Positions 28,648 through 36,762 of a stretch of DNA of 63,463 nucleotides are shown in pieces (position 1 is the stretch's first letter; every line of letters begins with the position of its first letter). The position numbers and the translations under genes are program-made. The notes beneath the pieces were generated by a model. It ran no database searches, was not told the origin of the DNA, and was given only the letters and a program-made list of their open reading frames with translations. Source of the stretch: Sporobacter termitidis (GTDB taxonomy: Bacteria > Bacillota > Clostridia > Oscillospirales > Oscillospiraceae); the NCBI GenBank assembly GCA_029267955.1, contig JAJUHI010000001.1, positions 1-63,463 of the forward strand, written 5' to 3'.

Positions 28648-30114
28648 CTAAATACGGTATTCAACCGTTGTGTCCTCGCTGTCGCCGGCGCTGACAACCT
28701 GCGCGGGCGCCGGTTCGGACGGCCGGCTCTGCCGGTGATCGCGGGGCGCGCCGCGTCCGCCGGACGCCTGCTCCCGCTGCTGCGAAAACGCCTGACTGGA
28801 GAAATCCATGCTGCGCCCGTCCGGGGTGTGCAGCACCTCCACGTCCTGGACGCCGATCCCTTTCGTCTCCATGGAGGAGATCAGCTGCTGCAGCCGGTCG
28901 GCCATCAGCGCGCAGAGCTCCTTGTCCTCCGCCCGGATCGTCGCGGAGACGCCGCGTTCCGTTTTTATAACGGAGATGGTGAGCGTCCCCAAGGATTCCG
29001 GCTCCAGCTGGATGCTGATTTCATGTCTGCCGGCCTGGAGGCCGCGCACGTCGTCGGTCAGCCGCAGAAACGCCTTGTCCGCAGCCGCCGCTTTCTCGGC
29101 GGCCGCTGCTTCCGGAGCCGCCGCCTCCTGCTTCCCGCCCGGCGCGGCCGTCATGCCGGGCGGCGCGGTCAGTTCCACGGTCGGCGTGTCCTCACTGCCG
29201 GCCTGCTGTCCGCCCGCGTTGCCGGCGTCGCCGTCCGTAAACGCTTCTGCCGTCTGTACCGTAAAGACGGCGGCGTCCGGCAGGTCCGGACCCGCTTCGG
29301 TGATAGCGCCGCTATCCCGGTGGCCGGCGGCACTGTCGGGTTTTTGCGGCTGCTCCGCCCCGGCTGTATGTACGGCTTCGGCATGTACGGCTTCGGCAGT
29401 CGCCGGGCTGTCCGCGGGCTGCGGGATGGGGGCTGAAGCCGCCGCTGGAGCGGTGTTCACGGGAGGCTGCGCGGCAGGGTCCTGTACGGCGGCCATTAAG
29501 ACTCTGTCGGTGCCGACCGGGGCCTCCGGGGCAACGTCAGCGGGCGGTGTCAGCACGGCGTCCGCCTCTTCATGCGCCGCCATGGCCGCCGCGATTTCCC
29601 CGAGGACCCGGGCGGCGCCGGCCGGCTCGTCGGCCGTCTTAACCGCCTGCGGCGGCGCTTCTTCGCCGGAGGGTTCCAGGCTGAACGCCGCCGGTTCCCC
29701 TATGGGCATCTCCGCGTTCATGAGGGCCGTCTCCCCGCCTGTCAGGGCAACCGGTGCAATCTCTTTCGAAACGGCTTCCGCTATACCTGCCGCCGCGTCG
29801 CCTGCCGTATCGGCTGCTACCTCGGCTGCCGGAGCGGCTACGCCCATCACATTCAGCTGCATGAGCAGCGCGCTCACCTCTGCGGGTATATTGTCGCCGG
29901 AGGGTTCCTGCCCGCTCGTTTCTCCCTGCTCCGTGTCAGCCGCCTGTAACTGCAGGGTAATCCCCTCGGGCTTAAGGCCCTGGCTCAGGATTTTGTTAAA
30001 CACCGACCGGCTCGGATTTTGAGGCCTGGCGGCGCTGATATGCAACCCCTTGCCGTCCGCCGCCGCTTCTTTTGCTTTCGGCGCGCCCAGGCTCATCACT
30101 GATGCCGTCTGCAT
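28648..30114 (-). CDS. fliK: Flagellar hook-length control protein FliK
   Basis: Ala/Pro-rich N-terminus, C-terminal IQLEPESLG.L.I motif; start MQTAS (30114) likely. Confidence 0.88.
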   Translation of the reverse strand: MQTASVMSLGAPKAKEAAADGKGLHISAARPQNPSRSVFNKILSQGLKPEGITLQLQAADTEQGETSGQEPSGDNIPAEVSALLMQLNVMGVAAPAAEVAADTAGDAAAGIAEAVSKEIAPVALTGGETALMNAEMPIGEPAAFSLEPSGEEAPPQAVKTADEPAGAARVLGEIAAAMAAHEEADAVLTPPADVAPEAPVGTDRVLMAAVQDPAAQPPVNTAPAAASAPIPQPADSPATAEAVHAEAVHTAGAEQPQKPDSAAGHRDSGAITEAGPDLPDAAVFTVQTAEAFTDGDAGNAGGQQAGSEDTPTVELTAPPGMTAAPGGKQEAAAPEAAAAEKAAAADKAFLRLTDDVRGLQAGRHEISIQLEPESLGTLTISVIKTERGVSATIRAEDKELCALMADRLQQLISSMETKGIGVQDVEVLHTPDGRSMDFSSQAFSQQREQASGGRGAPRDHRQSRPSEPAPAQVVSAGDSEDTTVEYRI

Positions 30115-30165
30115 GTTGATCACCCGCTTTCTCACTTTACGTTTATAAAACGCTGTATCTGCCGT

Positions 30166-30837
30166 TTAATTTGCCAGTATCTTTGTCACTTCCGCCGCAA
30201 GCGCGGGCGCCAGTTCCTCCAGAACAAGCGCGGCCGCCGCCGGCTTCATATAGTAAACGATAACCGCTATCTGTTCCGCGTCGTAAATTTCCGTCATGAT
30301 GGCGGCCGCCGCGGCCGGGTCCATTTTCGAGTAGATGACGCCGAGCTGCTGCAGCTCCGCCAGTTTTTCATTGGAGAGCGTTGCCCGGATGTCTTCAAAA
30401 GTCGTTTCGGCAGCCGGCGTCGTATTCTCGGCGGCCTCCAGCGCCGCCTGCCGGGCGTCCAGCTCCTCCCGGAGCTCGTTTAAGCTTTGCTCATATGCGT
30501 TGAGCTCGGCCTCCCGGCGGTCCAGCGCGGCCTCGCGCTCCGCAATGGACGGACCGGTCGGGAACTGGAGCCCCACCAGGTTAAACACAGACGTCAGATT
30601 GCCGGAAAAGTACAGCGCGGCGACGGCCCCGCCCAGGAGAACGATGATGACCAGAAGGATAATCAGGATTTTTACAATGACGGATTTTTTCTTCTTCTTC
30701 TTTTTTGCAACAGGCTTTTCAGTTGCAAGCTTTCCGGAGACGATATTGCTGCCTTTCGGCTTAAAGGTCTCTTCAAATTCCTTGCCGCCCAACGCTTTGG
30801 TGCCGATTGCGGCGGTTTTTCCTGCTGCCGGACTCAT
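30166..30837 (-). CDS. MotE/FlbB/YlxF-like flagellar protein (MgtE N-like domain)
   Basis: TM + coiled coil + IYSKMDP..AA.I, M.P..AA.VL..L.P..AA; between fliJ and fliK. Confidence 0.82.
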   Translation of the reverse strand: MSPAAGKTAAIGTKALGGKEFEETFKPKGSNIVSGKLATEKPVAKKKKKKKSVIVKILIILLVIIVLLGGAVAALYFSGNLTSVFNLVGLQFPTGPSIAEREAALDRREAELNAYEQSLNELREELDARQAALEAAENTTPAAETTFEDIRATLSNEKLAELQQLGVIYSKMDPAAAAAIMTEIYDAEQIAVIVYYMKPAAAALVLEELAPALAAEVTKILAN

Positions 30838-30866
30838 AAAAACACCCCCTCCTGCCCGTCGTTCGC

Positions 30867-31334
30867 TCAGCCGCCCGATTCCAGGCTGCCGTCGCTGTGG
30901 TCCGAGGCCTTGTAGGACATGATGTCCTCAATGGCTTTTGTTTCGCTCTTTTCTATTTCCTTTAAGTATTCGCTGTACTGCTTTTCGTACAGCTTTTCAA
31001 GCACCTTGATTTCCTTATGGACGGTGACCAGCTCGTTTCGCCGAAGCTCGGCCTCGCGGCGCGCCCTGTCGACTGCGATGGCGGCCTGCTTGATCTGCTC
31101 CTGCAGCTCCTGCAGGTAGATGGCATACCCCGTCAGGTCGGCCACCGTCATGCCCTTTCTGGCTTTCTCCTCATACTCCTTCGTTTTTTCGCTCAGCGTC
31201 GACTCAAGCTCTTCCTTTTTCCGTACGGCCGCCCTGTGGGCCGCCTCGGCGGCGGCGTATTCGGCCTGAAGCTTGTCCTTCTGCGCCTTCTTGACATCGA
31301 AAAGCGCCCTTAAGGAAAAGACGAATTTCTTCAT
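30867..31334 (-). CDS. fliJ: Flagellar export protein FliJ
   Basis: MKKFVFSL, KVLEKL.EK, E.K.IED; follows fliI. Confidence 0.9.
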   Translation of the reverse strand: MKKFVFSLRALFDVKKAQKDKLQAEYAAAEAAHRAAVRKKEELESTLSEKTKEYEEKARKGMTVADLTGYAIYLQELQEQIKQAAIAVDRARREAELRRNELVTVHKEIKVLEKLYEKQYSEYLKEIEKSETKAIEDIMSYKASDHSDGSLESGG

Positions 31335-31365
31335 TTTACAAGCCCCGTTCCGTTACTGCCGGTGG

Positions 31366-32673
31366 TCAGCCGATGGCGTAAAGCGCCTGTTTGATATCGT
31401 CGTAAGTTGCCGGTTCATCGATGTTCTGCCGCAAAAAGCTGTTGATCACGGGCATGAGCCGGATGGCCTCGTCGATTTCGGGGCTGGAGCCGCTCTTGTA
31501 CGCGCCGATATCAATTAAGTCCTTTGCCTTTTTGTAGACGGCCATTATGTTTTTGATGCGCCCGGCCTGCTCGTACTGCTGCGGCGGGATGATATCTTTC
31601 ATGACGCGGCTGATGCTCTCGAGCACGTCGATGGCCGGATAGTGGTTGCTGGTGGCCAATGCCCTGCTGAGAACGATGTGGCCGTCCAGAATGCCGCGCA
31701 CCGTATCGGAGATGGGTTCGTTTAAGTCGTCGCCCTCCACCAGGACGGTGTAAAGCCCCGTGATGGAGCCCTTGTCGGAGGTGCCCGACCGCTCCAGCAG
31801 CTTCGGCAGGATGGAGTAAACCGAGGGCGGAAATCCCCGTGAGATGGGCGGCTCTCCGACCGCCATGCCGATCTCCCGCTGCGCCATGGCAAAGCGCGTG
31901 ACGGAGTCCATCAAGAGCAGGACCTTCAGCCCCTTGTCCCGGAAATACTCGGCGATGCTGGTGCCCACAAGGGCCGCCTTGAGCCGCAAAAGCGCTGGCT
32001 GGTCGCTGGTGGCCACCACGAGCACCGATTTGTTAAGGCCGTCGGGACCCAAGTCTTTTTCTATAAAATCCTTTACTTCCCTGCCGCGTTCGCCCACAAG
32101 AACGATCACGTTGACGTCGGCGATGGCGTATCGGGCAATCATGCCCAGTAGCGTACTCTTCCCCACACCGCTGCCGGCGAAGATGCCCAGGCGCTGTCCC
32201 TGCCCCACCGTCAGCAGGCCGTCGATGGCCCGGATGCCCAGCGGGAACTCCTGCGTGATGCGCGTTCTGGACAGCGGGTTGGGCGGCGCGTTGTCGACAG
32301 GGTAAAAGACCTCCTCGTCAATCGGCGGGCCGTCGTCCATGGGCTTACCCAGGGCGCCGAGCACGCGGCCGATCAGCTTTTCGGACACGGCCACCCGAAG
32401 CGACTGGCCGGTGGAGACAACCCTGCTGCCGAAACCGATGCCGGTCATGTCGCCAAAGGGCATCAGCAGCACGCGCTGGTCGCGGAACCCCACCACCTCG
32501 GCCTCGACGTAATCGTCTCCCACCGAGGGGTAGATGCGGCAGATATTGCCCATGTTGACGGCCGGTCCGTTGGACTCCACCGTCAGGCCGACAACCTTCA
32601 TGACCTTGCCGCTGTGCTCCACGGTCTCAAGATTTTTAACTTTTTCCCTGAGAGACTCCAAATTCGTCTGCAT
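31366..32673 (-). CDS. fliI: Flagellar export ATPase FliI
   Basis: GIFAGSGVGKSTLLGM, GERGREV, LLLMDSVTRFAMAQREI, GILDGHIVL. Confidence 0.98.
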   Translation of the reverse strand: MQTNLESLREKVKNLETVEHSGKVMKVVGLTVESNGPAVNMGNICRIYPSVGDDYVEAEVVGFRDQRVLLMPFGDMTGIGFGSRVVSTGQSLRVAVSEKLIGRVLGALGKPMDDGPPIDEEVFYPVDNAPPNPLSRTRITQEFPLGIRAIDGLLTVGQGQRLGIFAGSGVGKSTLLGMIARYAIADVNVIVLVGERGREVKDFIEKDLGPDGLNKSVLVVATSDQPALLRLKAALVGTSIAEYFRDKGLKVLLLMDSVTRFAMAQREIGMAVGEPPISRGFPPSVYSILPKLLERSGTSDKGSITGLYTVLVEGDDLNEPISDTVRGILDGHIVLSRALATSNHYPAIDVLESISRVMKDIIPPQQYEQAGRIKNIMAVYKKAKDLIDIGAYKSGSSPEIDEAIRLMPVINSFLRQNIDEPATYDDIKQALYAIG

Positions 32674-32724
32674 GCAAACTCCTATTCTGCCGCGCCGCGG
32701 CAGTACAAGAAGCGAGGGTGGTCT

Positions 32725-33480
32725 TTAGCTTCTCAGCGCCTTGTCGATCACGTCCAGCTGTCTGTCGATGCTCAAATCCACAAGCTCGCCTTCCGATTCG
32801 ACAACCAGGTCCCCCGGCGAGAAGCCGGGCTCCTCGGCAACGGTCACCTTGACGGCGCCGGCGTCAATGCCGATATCGGCGCGGGATGCGCCGAAATAGC
32901 GCTGATAATCCTCGGAGCTGACGCGGATGACAACCGAACCGGCCTGCTTGAGCCGTTCCAGCGCGTTTTCCACCAGTCCCATGAAAACCTCGTCCGACTG
33001 CTCTATCTTTACGTTGATGACCTTTCGGACAATTTCCATGACGAGACTGACGACTTCATCGCGCATCCCCTCAACCAGCTTGTCGTACTCGTTTCTCAGG
33101 CCGCTCTCCAGAGCGGCCAGCGCCTCCTCGTCCCTGAGCCTGCGGCGCTCGGCTTCCGCCTCTGCCGCCGTTTTAATCTCCTCCCGGAGCCTTTCGGCCT
33201 CGGCCTCGGCCTGGGCTCTGATTTCCTCGGCCTGGCTCTTTGCCTTAAGGATAATCTCCTGGGCCTCTTCGGACGCCTTGGACAGCATCTTTTCCGCCTG
33301 CTCGGCATGCTCGGCGCGAAGCTTCTCATAAATCTCGTTGTACAGCTTCGCCATGTCAACGCCGGCGGCGTCGCCGCCGTCAGGCGCGCACGGCGCGTCC
33401 GCTTTGGGCTTTGCCCGGACGGGCTGTGTCTCCGCCGGTTCAAAGTAGACGTATTGCCGGTCGATTCTAAATGAGGACAT
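32725..33480 (-). CDS. fliH: Flagellar assembly protein FliH
   Basis: AxxxA helical repeats, GDLVVESEG..VD; start MSSFRID (33480) overlapping the fliG stop. Confidence 0.88.
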   Translation of the reverse strand: MSSFRIDRQYVYFEPAETQPVRAKPKADAPCAPDGGDAAGVDMAKLYNEIYEKLRAEHAEQAEKMLSKASEEAQEIILKAKSQAEEIRAQAEAEAERLREEIKTAAEAEAERRRLRDEEALAALESGLRNEYDKLVEGMRDEVVSLVMEIVRKVINVKIEQSDEVFMGLVENALERLKQAGSVVIRVSSEDYQRYFGASRADIGIDAGAVKVTVAEEPGFSPGDLVVESEGELVDLSIDRQLDVIDKALRS

Positions 33481-34486
33481 CGCTGGCGTCCCCCCTCGAA
33501 ACGATGATCTCGCCGCTTTCCTCCAGCGAACGGACGGCATTGACAATACGCTGCTGCGCATCCTCCACGTCTTTGATGCGGATCGGGCCCATGACCTCCA
33601 GTTCGTCTATAATCATCTCCTGCAGACGCTTACTGAGGTTGGACATGATAACGCTCTTAACCTCGGGAGTCGCACCTTTGAGGGCAACGGCGATATCGCT
33701 CTGCTGCACGTCGCGCAGAACGCGCTGAATGGCCTGGTTGGACAGCTTGGCGATATCCTCAAAGACAAACATATTCTTCTTGATGTTTTCCGACAGATCC
33801 GGGTCGATGACATCGAGGCTCTCCAGGATGTATTTCTCCGTGCCCCGGTCGACGCTGTTGATAATTTTGACAACGGCGTCCAGACCACCGACGGTGGTCT
33901 GGTCGCTCATGCCCATTTTAGCCAAGCGCTGCTCCAGAATCATCTCGGCCTCGCGGATATACTCCGGAATAACGCTCTCCATATTGGCCATGCGGGTGAT
34001 GACCTCAACCTGCAGCTCGCTGGGGAGCGCCGCCAGCACGCCGGAAGCCTTCTTGGGCTCCAGATAGGACAGCAACAGGGCGATGGTCTGCGGGTTCTCG
34101 TTGGCAATCAGATGGACAATCTGCAGGGTATCCGCCTTTCTGACAAACTCAAAGGGGCGCACCTGCAGCGTCTCGGTCAGCTTATCCAGTATCTCGTCGG
34201 CCTTGTTGTCGCCCAGCGCCTTTTTCAGGACGCCGCGGGCGTAATCCAGGCCGCCCTCGGAGATATACTTCTGCGCCAGGCACGTCTCCAGAAACTCGGC
34301 CAGGACTGCCTCGCTCTCTTCCTTTGTCACCTTTGTGGTGGTGGTGATGGCCAGCGTCAGGGTGGCGATTTCCTCTTCCGTCAGGTATTTAAAGATCTGG
34401 GCCGCATGGTTCTTTCCAAGCGCAATCAGGAGAATCGCCGCTTTTTCACGTCGCGTCAGCTTACCGTCATGTGTTCTTCCTGCCAT
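33467..34486 (-). CDS. fliG: Flagellar motor switch protein FliG
   Basis: EKAAILLIALG, EGGLDYA, ENPQTIALLLSYL, MFVFEDI, MGP.R.KDVEDAQQ.IV. Confidence 0.98.
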   Translation of the reverse strand: MAGRTHDGKLTRREKAAILLIALGKNHAAQIFKYLTEEEIATLTLAITTTTKVTKEESEAVLAEFLETCLAQKYISEGGLDYARGVLKKALGDNKADEILDKLTETLQVRPFEFVRKADTLQIVHLIANENPQTIALLLSYLEPKKASGVLAALPSELQVEVITRMANMESVIPEYIREAEMILEQRLAKMGMSDQTTVGGLDAVVKIINSVDRGTEKYILESLDVIDPDLSENIKKNMFVFEDIAKLSNQAIQRVLRDVQQSDIAVALKGATPEVKSVIMSNLSKRLQEMIIDELEVMGPIRIKDVEDAQQRIVNAVRSLEESGEIIVSRGDASDVLI

Positions 34487-34487
34487 A

Positions 34488-36068
34488 CTAATCCTCCGTC
34501 AGCCAGGAGCGGAGAATCTGTGCAACCGTTTCGGGATACCGTTCCATGAGCTCCTCAATTTTTTCTGCTTCCGATGATTTTTTAAGCATCAAATCGGCCA
34601 GCTCAAAATCCTCTGTTTCCTTCTCCTCCATAAAATCGCCCGGCGTGATGGCCACGGCGCCGGCCGCGGCCGGCTCGGCGGCGGGAGCGGGCTTACGGAA
34701 GAAGATCCGCAGGATGATAACCAGCGCCGCCAAAACCGCGACAACAGTGATAATCCTGGTAATCAGCGTATCCCGGCTGAGCTTCTGCAGCGTCTGCTGG
34801 TGCTGTTCAAACGCATCGCCGATGCTGTCGCTCTGCACAAACGGCATCAGCTCGACGGAGATATAGTCGGACTTCACGCCGATGGCCTTTGCCACGAGAT
34901 TCCGGATTGTCTCCACATAATCGCTGATGCCCTCGACGGAGCTGTTGACCAGCACGGCGACAGACAGGTCCATGATGGCGCCCTGGGCCTTTTCTATCTG
35001 CGTCTGGATCTCGTTGAGCTCAAAGTTGTATGTTTTGGAATAGCTGTACTCGGAGGCGTCCTCCTCGTCAACGGAGACGTAGGCCGGCGTGCCGACGCCG
35101 TTGGTATCCGTGCCGGCCTGTCCGCCGTCAGCAGCGCCAGGGCCGACCCCTTCATACAGCTCCTCATAGCTGCGGGGCAGCCCTTCGTCCTCGCCCGCCA
35201 CGGGCGGCGAAAATTCTACTTTGCTGACCGTCTGCTTGTCAAAATCCAGGCTCAGGTTGACCGACACGGCCACGTTGCCGGTGCCGACGGCCGGCTCCAG
35301 AACATGCAGCACCTGGTCCGACAGAATCTTCTTCATCTGCTCGGTCAGCTGCATCTGCGTGGCGGTGTAAACCGACGTGTCCTCGGCGCTTTCTTCCGAC
35401 GTGATGTCGTAATACTTCATCTTCGAGTCGACAATGCTGATGTTTTCCGTCTTCAAATCCGGCACGCACTTTTTGACAAATTCGCCGATGGTGCGGGCTT
35501 CGGCGGGCGTCAGCTCCTGGCCGTTTTTAAGGTCGAGCATGACGGCAACGCTGGCTTCCGACGCATTGTCCTTGATGACAAAGGACGAATCGGAGGCCAG
35601 GTTGACGATGACCACGCAGTTTTGTACCTTTTCCATGCGCATGATGGTGGCGCGCATATTTTCCTGAAGTTGGTATTGCAAGTAGGTGCGCCGCTCCAGG
35701 TCCGTCGACCCAAGAGCAGACGCACCTGAGAAGATTTCATAATTGAGGCCGGTGTTGGGATATCCCTGGGCGGCCAGTTCAATACGCAGCTCATCGGCAA
35801 CCTCTTCCGGAACAAGAATGGTGCCCGTCCCGCGGATTTGGGTTTTGACGCCCCGCTCGTCCAGCAGCGTCTTGATTGTCCCTGCCTCAGCGGCGTCAAG
35901 TCCGGAATACAGCACAGTAAAATGCACCTGATTGAGAAGGACGGCGCCGATAATACCGGCGGCTACGACGACGGCGGCGAGGGTGATCAGCATGATGAGC
36001 TTCTTTTTCTCCAGGTTCTGAAAAAACTCGCCGGTCCGGTGTAAAAATGATTTCAAGGATGCAGTCAT
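34488..36068 (-). CDS. fliF: Flagellar MS-ring protein FliF
   Basis: TM, LYSGL...AG.I, GTILVP, ASVAVML, ENISIVD, LDFD, PETVAQILRSWL; start uncertain (ORF open to 36149). Confidence 0.95.
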   Translation of the reverse strand: MTASLKSFLHRTGEFFQNLEKKKLIMLITLAAVVVAAGIIGAVLLNQVHFTVLYSGLDAAEAGTIKTLLDERGVKTQIRGTGTILVPEEVADELRIELAAQGYPNTGLNYEIFSGASALGSTDLERRTYLQYQLQENMRATIMRMEKVQNCVVIVNLASDSSFVIKDNASEASVAVMLDLKNGQELTPAEARTIGEFVKKCVPDLKTENISIVDSKMKYYDITSEESAEDTSVYTATQMQLTEQMKKILSDQVLHVLEPAVGTGNVAVSVNLSLDFDKQTVSKVEFSPPVAGEDEGLPRSYEELYEGVGPGAADGGQAGTDTNGVGTPAYVSVDEEDASEYSYSKTYNFELNEIQTQIEKAQGAIMDLSVAVLVNSSVEGISDYVETIRNLVAKAIGVKSDYISVELMPFVQSDSIGDAFEQHQQTLQKLSRDTLITRIITVVAVLAALVIILRIFFRKPAPAAEPAAAGAVAITPGDFMEEKETEDFELADLMLKKSSEAEKIEELMERYPETVAQILRSWLTED

Positions 36069-36226
36069 TTCCCGTCTCACCCTGTCTTCCATAATATTTT
36101 GCGCGTTCTCTTTTATGGATTTCTCGGTGCTTTCCTGCCCATCTCCCATAGAGCGCGTGAATAATTATTCAATTTATAAATTTTTATCCATAAGCTTCCT
36201 TCACACCCCAAATGTGTTCCAGATGT

Positions 36227-36470
36227 GTTATTTTGTAGGCGATATTTCTCTGAAATACCATATATATCTTTTTATATGAATTAGCCTACAATAAATTAAT
36301 ACAAAAATCAACATAATTCTTAAAATTTCGTTATTTTAATTATTGTACCATACTCACACAAGTTGAACAATTTTTTAGAGGTGTATTGTACTGTTTGCAT
36401 AAAATTTTTCGCCTTTTTGCCCTTTTCCGGCTCGCGTTCGACAAGAACCGCTATTTTTCTACAAAATAAC
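36227..36470. repeat. 12-bp perfect inverted repeat pair flanking the fliF promoter
   Basis: GTTATTTTGTAG (36227-36238) and CTACAAAATAAC (36459-36470). Confidence 0.6.
36342..36370 (-). promoter_or_regulatory. sigmaA-type promoter of the fliF operon
   Basis: TTGTTC-N17-TACAAT with extended TG on the minus strand. Confidence 0.55.
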
Positions 36471-36638
36471 GATTAAACTATATATAGTATTCTTACGATA
36501 ATACCTTGTTTACGTACATCACGCAGCTTTTTCTCATCATTTCCACGAATTTTGCGAGAAAAATATGAGAATTGTTGCAAAAAACTCATTCAAAATTTTC
36601 TGCATAATGACTAAAAGGATTTTTTTAAAGAGATTTAT

Positions 36639-36665
36639 TAAAGTTTTTTGTCAATATGTCGATAT
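36639..36665 (+). promoter_or_regulatory. sigma28 promoter of flagellin
   Basis: TAAAGTTT-N11-GTCGATAT, near the FliA/SigD consensus. Confidence 0.85.
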
Positions 36666-36683
36666 AAAATAGTGCTGGTAAAT

Positions 36684-36754
36684 GTTAACGTGCACGGACA
36701 TTAACCGCAAAATAAAACCGAGCGGCACGGATGCCGCCGGGAATATCAAGGAGG
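36684..36754 (+). promoter_or_regulatory. CsrA-binding sites in the flagellin leader
   Basis: Two hairpins presenting (A)CGGA (36684-36705; GCGGCA-CGGA-TGCCGC 36722-36737) plus AAGGAGG SD. Confidence 0.7.
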
Positions 36755-36762
36755 AAAGTTTC

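Noticed and set aside
29369-29398. 15-nt tandem duplication (AEAVH x2) in fliK
   Set aside because: Ordinary slippage in the disordered ruler region.
28808-30022. 404-aa Ala/Ser-rich plus-strand ORF
   Set aside because: Antisense to low-complexity fliK.
36240-36285. Purine riboswitch-like words (UCAUAUAA...AUAUGG) in the fliF leader
   Set aside because: The downstream GUUUCUACC, CCGUAAA and GACUA elements are absent; likely AT-rich coincidence.
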